Positions 47,291 through 58,278 of a stretch of DNA of 64,000 bases are shown piece by piece. Both the position numbers and the translations under genes were made by a program. The first letter of the stretch is position 1. Each line of letters starts with the position of its first letter. Source of the DNA: Gammaproteobacteria bacterium (lineage in GTDB: Bacteria; Pseudomonadota; Gammaproteobacteria; JABABF01); assembly GCA_965237805.1 (NCBI GenBank), contig OZ250153.1, positions 160,001-224,000 of the forward strand, written 5' to 3'. The notes beneath the pieces were generated by a model. That model was not told where the DNA came from and searched no databases. It saw only the letters and a program-made list of their open reading frames with translations.

Positions 47291-48645
47291 TAGCCCGTCG
47301 CCTCGCTATTGCCCTTTGCCGAGCTGCTCTCATAGACATAGAGCGGGTCATTTTCGCCCCGCACCACCTGCTCATCGATGACGATACGGCTGACATTGGG
47401 AAGATCCGGCAATTCGTACATCGTGTCCAATAGCAACGCTTCCATGATCGAGCGCAGGCTGCGCGCCCCGGTGCCATGTTTGCGGGCGCGCGCAGCGATG
47501 TGCTGCAGGCCGCTCTCGCGGATGTCCAGTTCGACACCTTCCATTGCGAACAGGCGTTTGTACTGCCGAACCAAAGCGTTGCGCGGCTCGGTCAGGATGC
47601 GCATCAGCGCGTCCTCGTCGAGGTCGTGTAATATGACATTGACCGATAGGCGGCCGACGAATTCTGGAATCAGTCCGTAGCGGATCAGATCCTCGGCTTC
47701 GAGTTTGCCCAGCAGGCGCTCAGTGTCGGCACTCTCACCAGCGTTGGCTGCGATGCGTGCGTTGAAACCAATGCCGCTGCGCTCGATGCGGTGGCGGATG
47801 ATATTTTCCAAGCCGGAAAATGCGCCGCTACAAATAAACAGAATATCCGAAGTGTCCACTTGTAGGAATTCCTGTTGCGGATGCTTGCGCCCACCCTGTG
47901 GCGGCACCGAGGCGACTGTGCCCTCAATCAGTTTTAGCAGTGCCTGTTGTACTCCTTCGCCCGACACGTCACGGGTGATAGAGGGGTTGTCAGATTTGCG
48001 CGAAATCTTGTCGATCTCATCGATGTAGACAATCCCTTTTTGTGCCTGCTCCACATCGTAATCGCAACGTTGCAATAGGCGTTGGATAATATTTTCTACA
48101 TCCTCACCGACATAGCCTGCTTCAGTTAGCGTGGTGGCATCGGCAATGGTGAACGGCACATCGAGCATTTGTGCCAAAGTACGTGCCAGCAAAGTTTTAC
48201 CACTGCCAGTCGGGCCGATCAGCAAGACATTGCTCTTGTCGATATGTGGCGTGTGGGAATCCGCTTTGCTGCGCTCTCGCTCAGTGTCGGCGTTGCCATT
48301 GCCGCGCACGATGCCGCTATCAGTACGATTGCCGTCGCTTTCGGCGTTTTGGCGCAGTCGTTTGTAGTGGTTGTAGACAGCCACCGACAACACGCGCTTG
48401 GCTTTTCGTTGGCGCACCACATGGGCATCCAGTGTGCGGCAGATCTCGCGCGGTGTTGGGAGAGAAAAGGAGCTATCGCCACTATCGTTGTCGGGGGTTT
48501 CTTCGCAGATGATATCGTTGCAAAGTTCGACACATTCATCGCAGATAAACACCGAGGGACCAGCGATTAGACGTCGCACATCATGCTGGTTCTTGCCGCA
48601 AAAAGAACAGCGTAAAGATTTATCGTCTGATCCTTGTTTCTGCAT
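47290..48645 (-). CDS. clpX: ATP-dependent Clp protease ATP-binding subunit ClpX
   Basis: CSFC...CDEC zinc finger, [21 protein letters not shown] loop. Confidence 0.97.
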   Translation of the reverse strand: MQKQGSDDKSLRCSFCGKNQHDVRRLIAGPSVFICDECVELCNDIICEETPDNDSGDSSFSLPTPREICRTLDAHVVRQRKAKRVLSVAVYNHYKRLRQNAESDGNRTDSGIVRGNGNADTERERSKADSHTPHIDKSNVLLIGPTGSGKTLLARTLAQMLDVPFTIADATTLTEAGYVGEDVENIIQRLLQRCDYDVEQAQKGIVYIDEIDKISRKSDNPSITRDVSGEGVQQALLKLIEGTVASVPPQGGRKHPQQEFLQVDTSDILFICSGAFSGLENIIRHRIERSGIGFNARIAANAGESADTERLLGKLEAEDLIRYGLIPEFVGRLSVNVILHDLDEDALMRILTEPRNALVRQYKRLFAMEGVELDIRESGLQHIAARARKHGTGARSLRSIMEALLLDTMYELPDLPNVSRIVIDEQVVRGENDPLYVYESSSAKGNSEATG

Positions 48646-48716
48646 GTCCCCCCCCTCCATTCCAGCTGCTGTGTGAGTCGTTCCTATTCTATACGATTTA
48701 GCCGTGCTGTGGGGCT

Positions 48717-49385
48717 TTAGTCTTTGGGTGGCGTGGCTGCGTCGTCGTCAATGTGGAGCATGCTGCTCTCGTCGCGCTGCTCCAAGATAGCGTCGATAAT
48801 GCCGTAGTCTTTGGCATCTTCTGCCGACATGAAATGGTCACGCTCGGTGTCGGCCGCAATTTTGTCAATTTCTTGGCCGGTATGGCGCGCCAACAAGGCG
48901 TTCAATCGACCGCGCATGGCGAGGATTTCACGGGCTTGAATATCAATGTCTGAAGCCTGTCCGGTAGTGCTACCACTGGGCTGGTGGATCATGATGCGCG
49001 CATTGGGCAGGCAATAGCGTTTTCCCTCAGCACCGCTGGCTAGTAGAAAGGCTCCCATACTGGCTGCTTGGCCGATGCAGGTGGTGCTGACATCGGGTTT
49101 GATAAAGCGCATCGTGTCGTAGATCGACAAACCGGCGCTGATCATGCCACCAGGTGAATTGATATAGAGATGGACATCGCTTTTGGGCCCCTCAGACTCC
49201 AAGAACAACAGCTGCGCGACGATCAAGTTCGCCATGTGGTCGTCGATCGGCCCGACCACGAAGACCAAACGCTCGCGCAATAGGCGCGAATAGATGTCGT
49301 AGGCGCGCTCGCCGCGTGCGGTTTGTTCGACGACCATCGGCACCAAGCCGAGTGCGCGTGGCGACACACCGCTCGAGCCGCTCAT
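48717..49385 (-). CDS. clpP: ATP-dependent Clp protease proteolytic subunit
   Basis: [33 protein letters not shown]. Confidence 0.97.
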   Translation of the reverse strand: MSGSSGVSPRALGLVPMVVEQTARGERAYDIYSRLLRERLVFVVGPIDDHMANLIVAQLLFLESEGPKSDVHLYINSPGGMISAGLSIYDTMRFIKPDVSTTCIGQAASMGAFLLASGAEGKRYCLPNARIMIHQPSGSTTGQASDIDIQAREILAMRGRLNALLARHTGQEIDKIAADTERDHFMSAEDAKDYGIIDAILEQRDESSMLHIDDDAATPPKD

Positions 49386-50749
49386 GCCGCCTGCTCCTGT
49401 GCACCGCCCAACAACTCTGCCAAGCTCATTGAGCATTCTGTAATCGCCGCTTCAGCGAGCAGATGTTCCACCACTTTACCCTCCAAGATCGATTGTTCCA
49501 CGCTGCGTAATGCCCTCGGATTGTCACGGTACCAGCGCAACAGCTGTTCGTGTTGTGCTGGCGGCTGTCGTGCCAGTTCCGCTTTGAGGGCGGCCCGCAC
49601 TTCAGTGTCATCGACCGCTAAGCCGAGCTGCTCGATCAGGGTGCCCAGCACCAAGCCCAGCCGCACTCGCCGCTGCGCAGTCGCCTGGAACAGACTGTCT
49701 GGCAATTGCTCACTGTCGACTTCGGGGCGGGCACCACGCCGTATCAGATCAGCTCGCATTATATCAATTTCGCCGCGCAACAGCTGCTCTGGCAGCTGCT
49801 CTGGGGTCTGGGCGCGCTCCAGCAAGGCATCGAAAAGTTGCTGCCGCTGCCGCTGCCGTGTAGCGTTCTCGGCGGCGGCTTCCAAGTTGCGTCGCAGCTC
49901 GACGCGCAACGCCGCCTCGCCGCCTTTGGCGATGCCGAGGGTGGCGCAGAAGCTGGCGTCCAGTTCGGGTAGCTGCGGGACGAGGCTCTTGTGCAGATGG
50001 TAGTGGCCCCGCAGCTCGGCACCGCGCAGCTCGAGCTCCGGGTGGTCGTCGGCCAGCCGCAGGGAGAATTCTCCGGTCGCGCCCGGCTTGCTGTCGGCCA
50101 GTGCAGCCCACAGCTCTGTCGGCAGGCTCTGCGCCGCTTGGGCAGAATCTCCAAATGGCAGCTCCAGCCCCTCGCGGACGAGGAGCTGCTCTCCCGACTG
50201 CCGCTCCAAGCGGTAGTCAAGCCGCACCCAATCGCCATCCTGTGGCGGGCGTGACACCTCGATATATTTGGCATGCCGTTGGCGCAAGGATTGTAGCTGG
50301 AGCTCGATATCGCTTTCCTCTATCGTCGCCATACAGCGCTCTACCGCGAGGCCGGTGGTATCCGGTGCCGTCAGCTGTGGCCACAACTCGTACTCGGCGA
50401 CGAATTCCAACTCCTCCCCGAGTGTGGCGAGGGCTGGCGGTGTCAATGTCGGCGCTGCCACCAGCTGGCCGGGGTCGATGCGGCTCAGCACGGAGCTCAG
50501 CGCGGCCCGCCCTACCGTTTCCAACACTTCGCCTCGCAGGGTGTCACCGAAGTGTTGGCGCGCCAGCTGCACAGGCACCCGACCGGGGCGAAAACCCGGT
50601 AGCCGCAGTCGCGCTGCACGCTGGCGCAACAGCTGTGCTTCGCGCTGCGACAGCTCGGTGGCCAGCACATAGAATTTCAACAAGCGGCCTCGTTCCGACA
50701 GCTTCTCTACGCTGTATCGTAGGTCGCCCCACGGATCGCTTTTAGTCAT
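49382..50749 (-). CDS. tig: Trigger factor (diverged)
   Basis: GFRPGRVP signature, A.RRVRLGL; position upstream of clpP; start uncertain. Confidence 0.9.
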   Translation of the reverse strand: MTKSDPWGDLRYSVEKLSERGRLLKFYVLATELSQREAQLLRQRAARLRLPGFRPGRVPVQLARQHFGDTLRGEVLETVGRAALSSVLSRIDPGQLVAAPTLTPPALATLGEELEFVAEYELWPQLTAPDTTGLAVERCMATIEESDIELQLQSLRQRHAKYIEVSRPPQDGDWVRLDYRLERQSGEQLLVREGLELPFGDSAQAAQSLPTELWAALADSKPGATGEFSLRLADDHPELELRGAELRGHYHLHKSLVPQLPELDASFCATLGIAKGGEAALRVELRRNLEAAAENATRQRQRQQLFDALLERAQTPEQLPEQLLRGEIDIMRADLIRRGARPEVDSEQLPDSLFQATAQRRVRLGLVLGTLIEQLGLAVDDTEVRAALKAELARQPPAQHEQLLRWYRDNPRALRSVEQSILEGKVVEHLLAEAAITECSMSLAELLGGAQEQAA

Positions 50750-50868
50750 GGTCTGGCTCAAGACGAGGATTGCCCGCACAGTGGGCAAGTCGCTAAGAAA
50801 TGCGTATAATATCGCAAACTATGACCGCTCTATTGTAGCGGCAGGAATTTGCCACTGGCTTGGTGAAG

Positions 50869-51903
50869 ATGGAAGCAGGAATTGCGCTATCAACTGCGCG
50901 GCAAATTGCCCGACAGGGGCTGGTAGCGGCCACAGATCGTTGGCAGAGTGCCGCGCAATCAGCCCACAGCATGGATGCGGAGACTTCTTTGGAGCTGCTA
51001 CGAGCAGCCATCATCGTGGCGGCGATGCTCAGTTTGAGTTGGCTGGTGGCGCGTTGGACTTGGTTGCTGGTGCCGATGCCAGCGCCGGTAGCGCTATCTT
51101 TCGACGCTGTCGATATGCGTTCCGAGCTATTTGTCAATGCCCCGGAGTACACGGCGGACATCCAGCGTTTGCGCACGCAATCGCTGTTTGGTCAGAGCTC
51201 GGTGCGAGCGCCTGTAGCCAACCCCCCAGCTGCCGTGTCAGCGGCAAAAAAAATGCTTGGGTTGCAGCTGGTGGGTCTGGTCTATTCCAGCAATCCAAAT
51301 AAAGCCGTAGCGGTCATCAAAACGAGCAAAAAACCGCAACAAAAGAATTACTACATCGGCGATGAACTGCCTGGTTCCAGTGTTGACATACCGATCACGC
51401 TGGTGGCGGTGGAGCTGTTGCAAGTGCGCATCCTACACGGGGAAGAAGAAGAGGTGCTCAAACTGCATGACAGCAAAAAAACCGATTCCAAAAATATTGG
51501 CGATGCCGATGCCGAGCAAGAGACAGCGAAAACACCGCTTAAAGCTCAGGTGCTGGATCTCCGTGAGAAGCGCCGATCCGTTGAGATCGCTAGCCGCTAT
51601 GCGCATGCGCTACAGGAGAATCCGGCATCGCTCAAACATGTGATCCACCTCACGCCAGCACGGCTCGGCAGCAACACTGGTGAGTTGATCGGCTTTCGCG
51701 TCAGGCCGAAACAAAATGCGCGGGATTTTTACCAGCTCGGCTTGCGCGCCAACGATGTGATCACCGCAGTCAATGGTGTTGATCTGACCAGCTATGCTGC
51801 CCTCCAAGGTGCCCAGAGCGAGCTGCAAGGCTCCGACCAAGTGTCGGTGTACTTGCTGCGCAAAGAAAAACCATATAAAATTATTTTGGGGCTCAAACAA
51901 TAA
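50869..51903 (+). CDS. gspC: Type II secretion protein GspC (PDZ-containing)
   Basis: TM helix, L.LVGLV..S...AVAVI, Y.IGD.L, GL..NDVITAVNG; start uncertain (50860-50971). Confidence 0.88.
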   Translation: MEAGIALSTARQIARQGLVAATDRWQSAAQSAHSMDAETSLELLRAAIIVAAMLSLSWLVARWTWLLVPMPAPVALSFDAVDMRSELFVNAPEYTADIQRLRTQSLFGQSSVRAPVANPPAAVSAAKKMLGLQLVGLVYSSNPNKAVAVIKTSKKPQQKNYYIGDELPGSSVDIPITLVAVELLQVRILHGEEEEVLKLHDSKKTDSKNIGDADAEQETAKTPLKAQVLDLREKRRSVEIASRYAHALQENPASLKHVIHLTPARLGSNTGELIGFRVRPKQNARDFYQLGLRANDVITAVNGVDLTSYAALQGAQSELQGSDQVSVYLLRKEKPYKIILGLKQ

Positions 51904-51904
51904 A

Positions 51905-53926
51905 ATGTTGAGCCGAATCTGTTATGTCCTCGTGTCGACGCGTGCTGTCGCGTTGTTCGTCGCACTGGCGCTGCCGCTGGCGGTGGTGATACCGCCAGCG
52001 GCAGCAGACACCTACACGGTCAATTTTAAAGACACCGATATTCAAGAGCTAATCCGTTTTGTCGCCGATGTTTCTGAGCGCACTTTTCTCATCGACCCCA
52101 GGGTCAAAGGTAAAGTGCATGTGATCTCAGCCGCGCCGGTCAACGATGAGGAGCTCTACGATTTATTTTTAGCTATTCTCGATGTGCACGGTTTCACGGC
52201 GGTGGAAACCAGCGATGGCTTGATCACTGTGTTGCCAGAGCAACAGGCGCGCACCCTGCCGGGCCCAGTCGGTGACTTCGGTGCCACTGGCCGTGAAAAC
52301 CGCGAGGTTGTTACCAGCGTCTTGCCGTTACGCAACATCGCTGCCAGCAAGTTGATCGCTGTGTTGCGACCGTTGGCACCACAGCATGCGCATATGGCGG
52401 CCTATCCACCGACCAATTCCATCATCCTCTCCGACAGCGCCGCCAACATCGCCAAGCTGCTCACAATCATCAAGCAGTTAGATAAAGAGACCGAGGGGCA
52501 GGTGGACAGTATCGAGCTCCGGTATGCCGATGTCAGCGAGGCTGAGCGCATCTTGCGAGAATTGATGAAAAAAGAACTCAGCGACCAGGGTTCGCAGCTG
52601 GTGTTGGTGGCGGACAAACGCAGCAACCGACTGTTGATCAAAGGCGGGGCTATATTGCGTCAAAAAGCGCGGCAGTTGATCAACACATTGGATTCTCCGG
52701 TCGGACGCTTGGAAAATGCCCGCGTGATCTACCTCAAGCACGCCGAGGCTAAACAGCTGTCCGAGGTGTTGAATAAAGTGGTTGAAAACATTCAATCGGG
52801 CAACAAAGGCGCGGGCGGCAATGCGGGACAACAGGCGCGCTTGCAGGCGGACGAGGCGACCAATTCTCTGATCATCACGGCCAGCACGGAAATGATCAAA
52901 ACGTTGGAGGCGATCATCAACCGCCTCGATATTCGTCGCCAGCAGGTACTGGTCGAATTGATCATCGCCGAGGTTGAGGGCACCGACGACAGCTCACTCG
53001 GCTTGGAGTTCCTGTTCGCCGATAGCAATCTCGGGCTGTTCTCTTCGGGCACTGGCGATGGCGTGTTGCGCACGCTGGCGAGCGCGCTCAGTGCCAACAC
53101 AGGCAATACTGGGCGCACCTTGCTGTCAAATTTAGCGGGCAGTTTGACGACGGTCGACGGCCAATCTCTGACCATCGGCAATTTGACAAATTCCGATCGA
53201 ATCTTTGCTGGGATCTTGACTGCTCTGCAAAAAAATACCGAAACGAATATTCTGGCGACACCCAATCTGCTGACTTTAGACAACACCGAGGCATCTATCG
53301 TCGTCGGTCAAAATGTGCCGTTTATCACTGGCTCCTATGTCAGTGGCACGAACGCCTCGGTCAATCCTTTCCAGACCATCTCGCGCGAAGATGTCGGCAT
53401 CACGCTGAAAGTCAAGCCGAATATCAGCGAAGGGGACACCGTGCAGCTGGACATTGAGCAGGAAGTCTCCGGCGTTACCGGTGGCATCCAAGGTGCTGCT
53501 GCTGCCGATATCATCACCAACCGGCGGATGATCAAAACATCGGTGCTGGCTGGTGACGGTCAGATCGTCGTGCTCGGCGGCCTGATTCGTGATGAAGTCC
53601 AAGAGACCAAATACTCAATTCCAATATTAGGATCGATACCCATCTTGGGGCGGCTCTTTAGCCACACCACGGTGCAGGCAAAGAAAACCAATCTGCTGGT
53701 CTTTATCCGCCCGACCATTATCCGAAACGATCAAGCGATGGAGCACGAGACAGAGGCGAAATACCGGTGGATCCGCCAACATCAGCTACTCAAGCAACAG
53801 GAAGGCGTGGATTTGATCTCGGCCGATCGGATGCCACTGTTGCCGGAATGGGACGAGCAGTTGCGTCGCCATCTCAACAGTCAATTCGAGTCGATTAGGA
53901 CGAATGAGCTGAGGGATCAACGCTGA
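51905..53926 (+). CDS. gspD: Type II secretion secretin GspD
   Basis: VNFKDTDI, IDPRVKG, LDIRRQQVLVE, ILATP, VGQNVP, IPILG.LF. Confidence 0.96.
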   Translation: MLSRICYVLVSTRAVALFVALALPLAVVIPPAAADTYTVNFKDTDIQELIRFVADVSERTFLIDPRVKGKVHVISAAPVNDEELYDLFLAILDVHGFTAVETSDGLITVLPEQQARTLPGPVGDFGATGRENREVVTSVLPLRNIAASKLIAVLRPLAPQHAHMAAYPPTNSIILSDSAANIAKLLTIIKQLDKETEGQVDSIELRYADVSEAERILRELMKKELSDQGSQLVLVADKRSNRLLIKGGAILRQKARQLINTLDSPVGRLENARVIYLKHAEAKQLSEVLNKVVENIQSGNKGAGGNAGQQARLQADEATNSLIITASTEMIKTLEAIINRLDIRRQQVLVELIIAEVEGTDDSSLGLEFLFADSNLGLFSSGTGDGVLRTLASALSANTGNTGRTLLSNLAGSLTTVDGQSLTIGNLTNSDRIFAGILTALQKNTETNILATPNLLTLDNTEASIVVGQNVPFITGSYVSGTNASVNPFQTISREDVGITLKVKPNISEGDTVQLDIEQEVSGVTGGIQGAAAADIITNRRMIKTSVLAGDGQIVVLGGLIRDEVQETKYSIPILGSIPILGRLFSHTTVQAKKTNLLVFIRPTIIRNDQAMEHETEAKYRWIRQHQLLKQQEGVDLISADRMPLLPEWDEQLRRHLNSQFESIRTNELRDQR

Positions 53927-55467
53927 TGGGAGTCGAGCTGGACAGCGAACTCGCCGATGGCACCGCCGCCGCGCTCTCTGCGATACCCCAACTGCCCTAC
54001 AGCTTTGCGCGCAACAACCATGTGCTGATCGAGCGGGCGAGCGAGGACGACGGCACGCCGGTGTTGGTCTATCCCAAGGGCAGCCTGCGTCCAGAAATCT
54101 ATGCCGAGCTGCGCCGCTTGGTCGGTGGGCCCGTGCAGCTCAGTGCCATCGATGAGCGGGATTTTCAACAGCGCTTGACCGCTCACTATCAGCACGGCGA
54201 CGGCGATGCGGCACGGGCGGCGGCTGACTTGGATGCCGATGAGGACTTGGGGCGGCTGGCCGATGAGGTGCCGGATACCGCCGACTTGATGGAGGGGGAC
54301 AACGATGCGCCGGTTGTGCGGTTGATCAACGCCATTCTCTCGCAGGCGGTGCGAGAGCAGGCTTCAGACATCCACCTTGAGACCTTTGAGGACAATGTCA
54401 CAGTGCGTTTTCGAATTGATGGTGTGTTGCGCGAGGTGCTATCGCCGAAGCGCAAGCTGGCACCGATGCTGGTCTCGCGGCTCAAGGTGATGGCGCGCTT
54501 GGACATTGCCGAGCGGCGCGTACCGCAGGATGGCCGTATCTCGGTACGCGTCGCTGGGCATCCGGTGGATATTCGTCTGTCGACGATCCCGTCGGCTTAC
54601 GGTGAGCGCGTCGTGCTGCGTCTGTTGGATATCAAGGCCGGTCGCCTCAGCATCACTCAGCTGCGCATGGGCGAGTCGGTGGACAGCAGTTTCCGCAACA
54701 CTCTGCGCGCACCACACGGCATTATCCTCGTCACCGGTCCGACTGGCTCTGGCAAGACCACGACGCTCTACGCAGGACTCAGCGAAATCAATGAATCCTC
54801 ACGCAATATCATGACCATTGAGGATCCGGTCGAATATATGCTCAAGGGCATCGCCCAAACCCAAGTCAACACCAAGGTGAAAATGACCTTCGCCCGGGGT
54901 CTGCGCGCCATCCTCCGTCAAGATCCAGATGTGGTCATGATCGGGGAGATTCGCGATATTGAAACTGCCGAGATTGCCATTCAAGCCAGCATGACCGGTC
55001 ATTTGGTGCTGTCTACTCTACACACCAACACGGCCATCGGAGCGGTGACGCGGCTACAGGATATGGGAGTCGAAACTTTTCTGCTCTCCGCCAGCCTGAC
55101 CGCCGTCATAGCCCAGCGCTTGGTGCGGCTTTTGTGTGCCGAGTGCCGCAGCCAGCGCAGTTTGCTCGACGATGAGAGCGAGCTGCTATTTGGTGTGCAG
55201 AGAGCGGGCAAGTCGCCGCTGGTCTATCAGGCAGTGGGTTGTCCGGCGTGCAATCAGCTCGGTTATCGTGGCCGCACCGCCCTCTACGAATGCATCGAGT
55301 TGGATGATCAGCTGCGCCAGATGATACGCGGTAGCGTCGGCGAGCAGGAAATGACGGCCTACGCCCGCGAACACAGTGAGAGCATGTTCGACGATGGGCG
55401 CCGCCGCGTGTTGGCGGGCGAGACCACGCTGGAAGAAGTGTTGCGCGTCACCCGCGCCAGCGGCTAG
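53926..55467 (+). CDS. gspE: Type II secretion ATPase GspE
   Basis: [35 protein letters not shown], CxxC...CxxC. Confidence 0.97.
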   Translation: MGVELDSELADGTAAALSAIPQLPYSFARNNHVLIERASEDDGTPVLVYPKGSLRPEIYAELRRLVGGPVQLSAIDERDFQQRLTAHYQHGDGDAARAAADLDADEDLGRLADEVPDTADLMEGDNDAPVVRLINAILSQAVREQASDIHLETFEDNVTVRFRIDGVLREVLSPKRKLAPMLVSRLKVMARLDIAERRVPQDGRISVRVAGHPVDIRLSTIPSAYGERVVLRLLDIKAGRLSITQLRMGESVDSSFRNTLRAPHGIILVTGPTGSGKTTTLYAGLSEINESSRNIMTIEDPVEYMLKGIAQTQVNTKVKMTFARGLRAILRQDPDVVMIGEIRDIETAEIAIQASMTGHLVLSTLHTNTAIGAVTRLQDMGVETFLLSASLTAVIAQRLVRLLCAECRSQRSLLDDESELLFGVQRAGKSPLVYQAVGCPACNQLGYRGRTALYECIELDDQLRQMIRGSVGEQEMTAYAREHSESMFDDGRRRVLAGETTLEEVLRVTRASG

Positions 55468-55470
55468 GTC

Positions 55471-56694
55471 ATGGCCAGTTATCGTTACCAAGCGCTGGAT
55501 GCCAACGGGCGGCGGGTGCGCGGTGTCATTGAGGGTGACAGTGAGCGCGGTGCACGTGCCCAGCTGCGTCAGCAGGGTCTCAAACCGCTCTCGCTGAGCC
55601 CAAATGATGCGGCTGCTGACGGTGATGCTCGCAGCACTTTTGGCAAGCTGTGGCAAGCTCGCATCTCGGTGCCCGACTTGGCTCTGCTGACCCGGCAGCT
55701 CGCCGTGCTGCTACAGGCGGGCCTGCCGTTGGCCGAAGCCCTCGATGCCGCCGCCCGCCAATGCCGCAAAGCCAGTCTCAAAGCCATTCTGCTCACCGTG
55801 CGCAGTCGGGTGACCGAGGGGCGTGCGCTACACCAAGCGCTGGCTGAGCACCCGCGTGCCTTCTCGCAGCTGTACCGAGCGATGGTCAGCGCTGGCGAAC
55901 AGTCCGGCCATCTCGGCCTAGTGCTGGAGCAGTTGGCCGATTACACCGAGAACCGCCAGCAGGCACAGCAACGCCTCAGCTCGGCGATGGTCTACCCGAT
56001 CATATTGGTCGGCGTGGCGGTGGCGGTAATCGCCGCGCTGATGACCTTCGTCGTGCCCAAGCTGGTGGCGATCTTTGAAAGCACCGCAGGCACCCTGCCG
56101 CCGCTGACGGTGGCACTGATCGTCACCAGCGATTTCTTGCAAGCCCGCTGGTGGCAACTGCTGGCTGGTGGTGCCTTGAGCGTGGCTCTGGCACGGCTGG
56201 CCTTGCGCGATGAGGGTCGTCGCCGTGTGATGCATCGCGGCCTGTTAGCCCTGCCCTTGATCGGCGAGCTGTCACGCAATATGGAGACTGCTCGCTTCGC
56301 CAGCACCCTGAGTATTTTGACGCGCAGCGGGGTGCCACTACTCGACGCGCTACACATCGCACGCGAGGTCTTCGGCAACTTGGTCTTGCGCGATGCGGCC
56401 GAGGCCATCGTCGACAGCGTGGCCGAGGGCGGCAGCTTGCACCGGGCACTGGATCAGAGCGGCGTCTTTCCGCCGATGATGGTGCAGATGGTGGCTAGCG
56501 GTGAGGCCAGCGGCCAGTTGGACAATATGCTTGAGCGCTCGGCGATCAACCAAGAGCGGGAGCTGGAAGTGACCATGGGCACGCTGATGACCGCTTTCCA
56601 ACCGCTGTTGGTGCTGTTTATGGCTGGCATGGTGCTGACCATTGTCTTGGCTATCCTATTGCCAATTTTTGGCCTCAACGATTTGGTACAATAA
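55471..56694 (+). CDS. gspF: Type II secretion inner membrane protein GspF
   Basis: TRQLA.LL.AG.PL, AGE.SG.L, AMVYP, SGE.SG.L. Confidence 0.96.
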   Translation: MASYRYQALDANGRRVRGVIEGDSERGARAQLRQQGLKPLSLSPNDAAADGDARSTFGKLWQARISVPDLALLTRQLAVLLQAGLPLAEALDAAARQCRKASLKAILLTVRSRVTEGRALHQALAEHPRAFSQLYRAMVSAGEQSGHLGLVLEQLADYTENRQQAQQRLSSAMVYPIILVGVAVAVIAALMTFVVPKLVAIFESTAGTLPPLTVALIVTSDFLQARWWQLLAGGALSVALARLALRDEGRRRVMHRGLLALPLIGELSRNMETARFASTLSILTRSGVPLLDALHIAREVFGNLVLRDAAEAIVDSVAEGGSLHRALDQSGVFPPMMVQMVASGEASGQLDNMLERSAINQERELEVTMGTLMTAFQPLLVLFMAGMVLTIVLAILLPIFGLNDLVQ

Positions 56695-56714
56695 GTGGTG
56701 GAGGCAATGAAGCC

Positions 56715-57176
56715 ATGCAGGAAGTGAAGAGCTGGTCTCTTTTGAAGTGCCGCCGCCATGCGCGGCGCGGCTTCAGCATGCTCGAAATACTGGTGGTGCT
56801 GGTCATTATCGGCATTCTTATCAGCTATGTCGGCCCCCGGGTGTTGGGACGCGCTTCACAGGCACGGCAGCAAAAAGCCTTTGCAGATTTCCGCACCATC
56901 GAGACCGCGCTGAAGATTTACCGGCTCGACAACTATCGTTACCCGAACACCGCAGAGGGTTTGGAGGCGCTGGTGCGGCGCCCGGACAGCGGTGGTGCCC
57001 GCAACTGGAAAGATGGCGGCTACATCGACCGCTTACCGAAAGATCCGTGGGGACAAGCCTACAGCTACCAACAGCCGGGGCAACACGGTGAGATCGACAT
57101 CGCCACCTTGGGGGCGGATGGCTTGATCGGCGGCGACGGCGAAAACAAGGATTTGGGCAACTGGGAGGCCCCCTAG
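56715..57176 (+). CDS. gspG: Major pseudopilin GspG
   Basis: G|FSMLEILVV, YRLDN..YP, LPKDPWG, GADG. Confidence 0.96.
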   Translation: MQEVKSWSLLKCRRHARRGFSMLEILVVLVIIGILISYVGPRVLGRASQARQQKAFADFRTIETALKIYRLDNYRYPNTAEGLEALVRRPDSGGARNWKDGGYIDRLPKDPWGQAYSYQQPGQHGEIDIATLGADGLIGGDGENKDLGNWEAP

Positions 57177-57205
57177 AAATTACTTCGAGCTCGTCGCTGA
57201 AAATT

Positions 57206-57859
57206 GTGTTTCACCAAGCCATTGTCGTTATTTTCGAGCTGGGGATACAGCGCCGAGTACAGCGCGGCTTCTCGATGTTGGAGCTGCTGGTCGTCTTGCT
57301 GATTGTCGGCCTGATGGTGTCGATGGCAGGCCTCAATTTTGGGAGCAATAGTTCGCGTACTTTGGCAGCTAGCGCCCGCACCCTGTTTCAGCAGATGCGC
57401 TTGGCGCGCGAGGAGGCGATCTTGCTCGACCGCCAGTTTGGGTTGTTGTTCGAAGAGGTGGAGCCGGAGGGGGACAGTAGCTCGCTCGAAAAATTCTACC
57501 GCTACCGTTGGTTGCGCTACGAAGAGGAGCAGCAACAGTGGGTGGAATTGCGTGGCCAGAGCGGTTATGTCGGCGCTATCCTGCCACCCAGTATCGATGT
57601 CGATTTGACGGTGGATGACCGCTATTACGGCCTATCCTTGCGCAAGGCGTCGGTCATCGAATACAGCTATGAAGAACGGCTCGAAGACGATGATGGCGAG
57701 GATGTTGCCGCGGCATTGCCGCCGCAGTTGATGTTCTTATCCAGCGGCGAGATCACCGAATTCTCACTCAATCTCTCGCTGCGTGAGGGCCTGCGCGCGC
57801 CGGTTCGTATCAGCGCTGATGCCAGCGGCGGTTTGCAGCTGGAAGACGAGGGGATTTGA
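57206..57859 (+). CDS. gspH: Minor pseudopilin GspH
   Basis: G|FSMLELLVV, PQLMFLSSGEIT.F; start uncertain. Confidence 0.9.
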   Translation: MFHQAIVVIFELGIQRRVQRGFSMLELLVVLLIVGLMVSMAGLNFGSNSSRTLAASARTLFQQMRLAREEAILLDRQFGLLFEEVEPEGDSSSLEKFYRYRWLRYEEEQQQWVELRGQSGYVGAILPPSIDVDLTVDDRYYGLSLRKASVIEYSYEERLEDDDGEDVAAALPPQLMFLSSGEITEFSLNLSLREGLRAPVRISADASGGLQLEDEGI

Positions 57860-58278
57860 GCGTGCGGCGCACCGGAGGATTTTCTCTGATCGAGGTCTTG
57901 GTGGCGGTGGCGGTGGTGTCCTTGGCCCTACCTGCACTGTTGCTCAACAGTATTCAACAGATGGATGGCACCGCCTATCTGCGCGATAAAATCATCGCCA
58001 GCTGGGTGGCGAGCAATGCACTGACAGAAATCCAGATCGCACATAGCACCCGCGGTGAATTGCCCAGTGCCACGCTGAGCGGCGAGGAAGAGATGGCGGG
58101 CATCGACTGGCGCTGGGAGGCGCGGATCCGCAAAAATCGTCAGTTTCCGGAACTCTATCCGGTCGAAGTGCAAGTATGGCGTCGCGGCGCAGCTTCGCCG
58201 ATGGCTGCCAATCAGAGCTATCTGTACGACTCCAAGGCTTTGGAACAACAGCTACGCGACCTCAAGGACAAGCCCTGA
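57856..58278 (+). CDS. gspI: Minor pseudopilin GspI
   Basis: G|FSLIEVLVA, A.WVA.N, MAG..W.W. Confidence 0.92.
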   Translation: MSVRRTGGFSLIEVLVAVAVVSLALPALLLNSIQQMDGTAYLRDKIIASWVASNALTEIQIAHSTRGELPSATLSGEEEMAGIDWRWEARIRKNRQFPELYPVEVQVWRRGAASPMAANQSYLYDSKALEQQLRDLKDKP

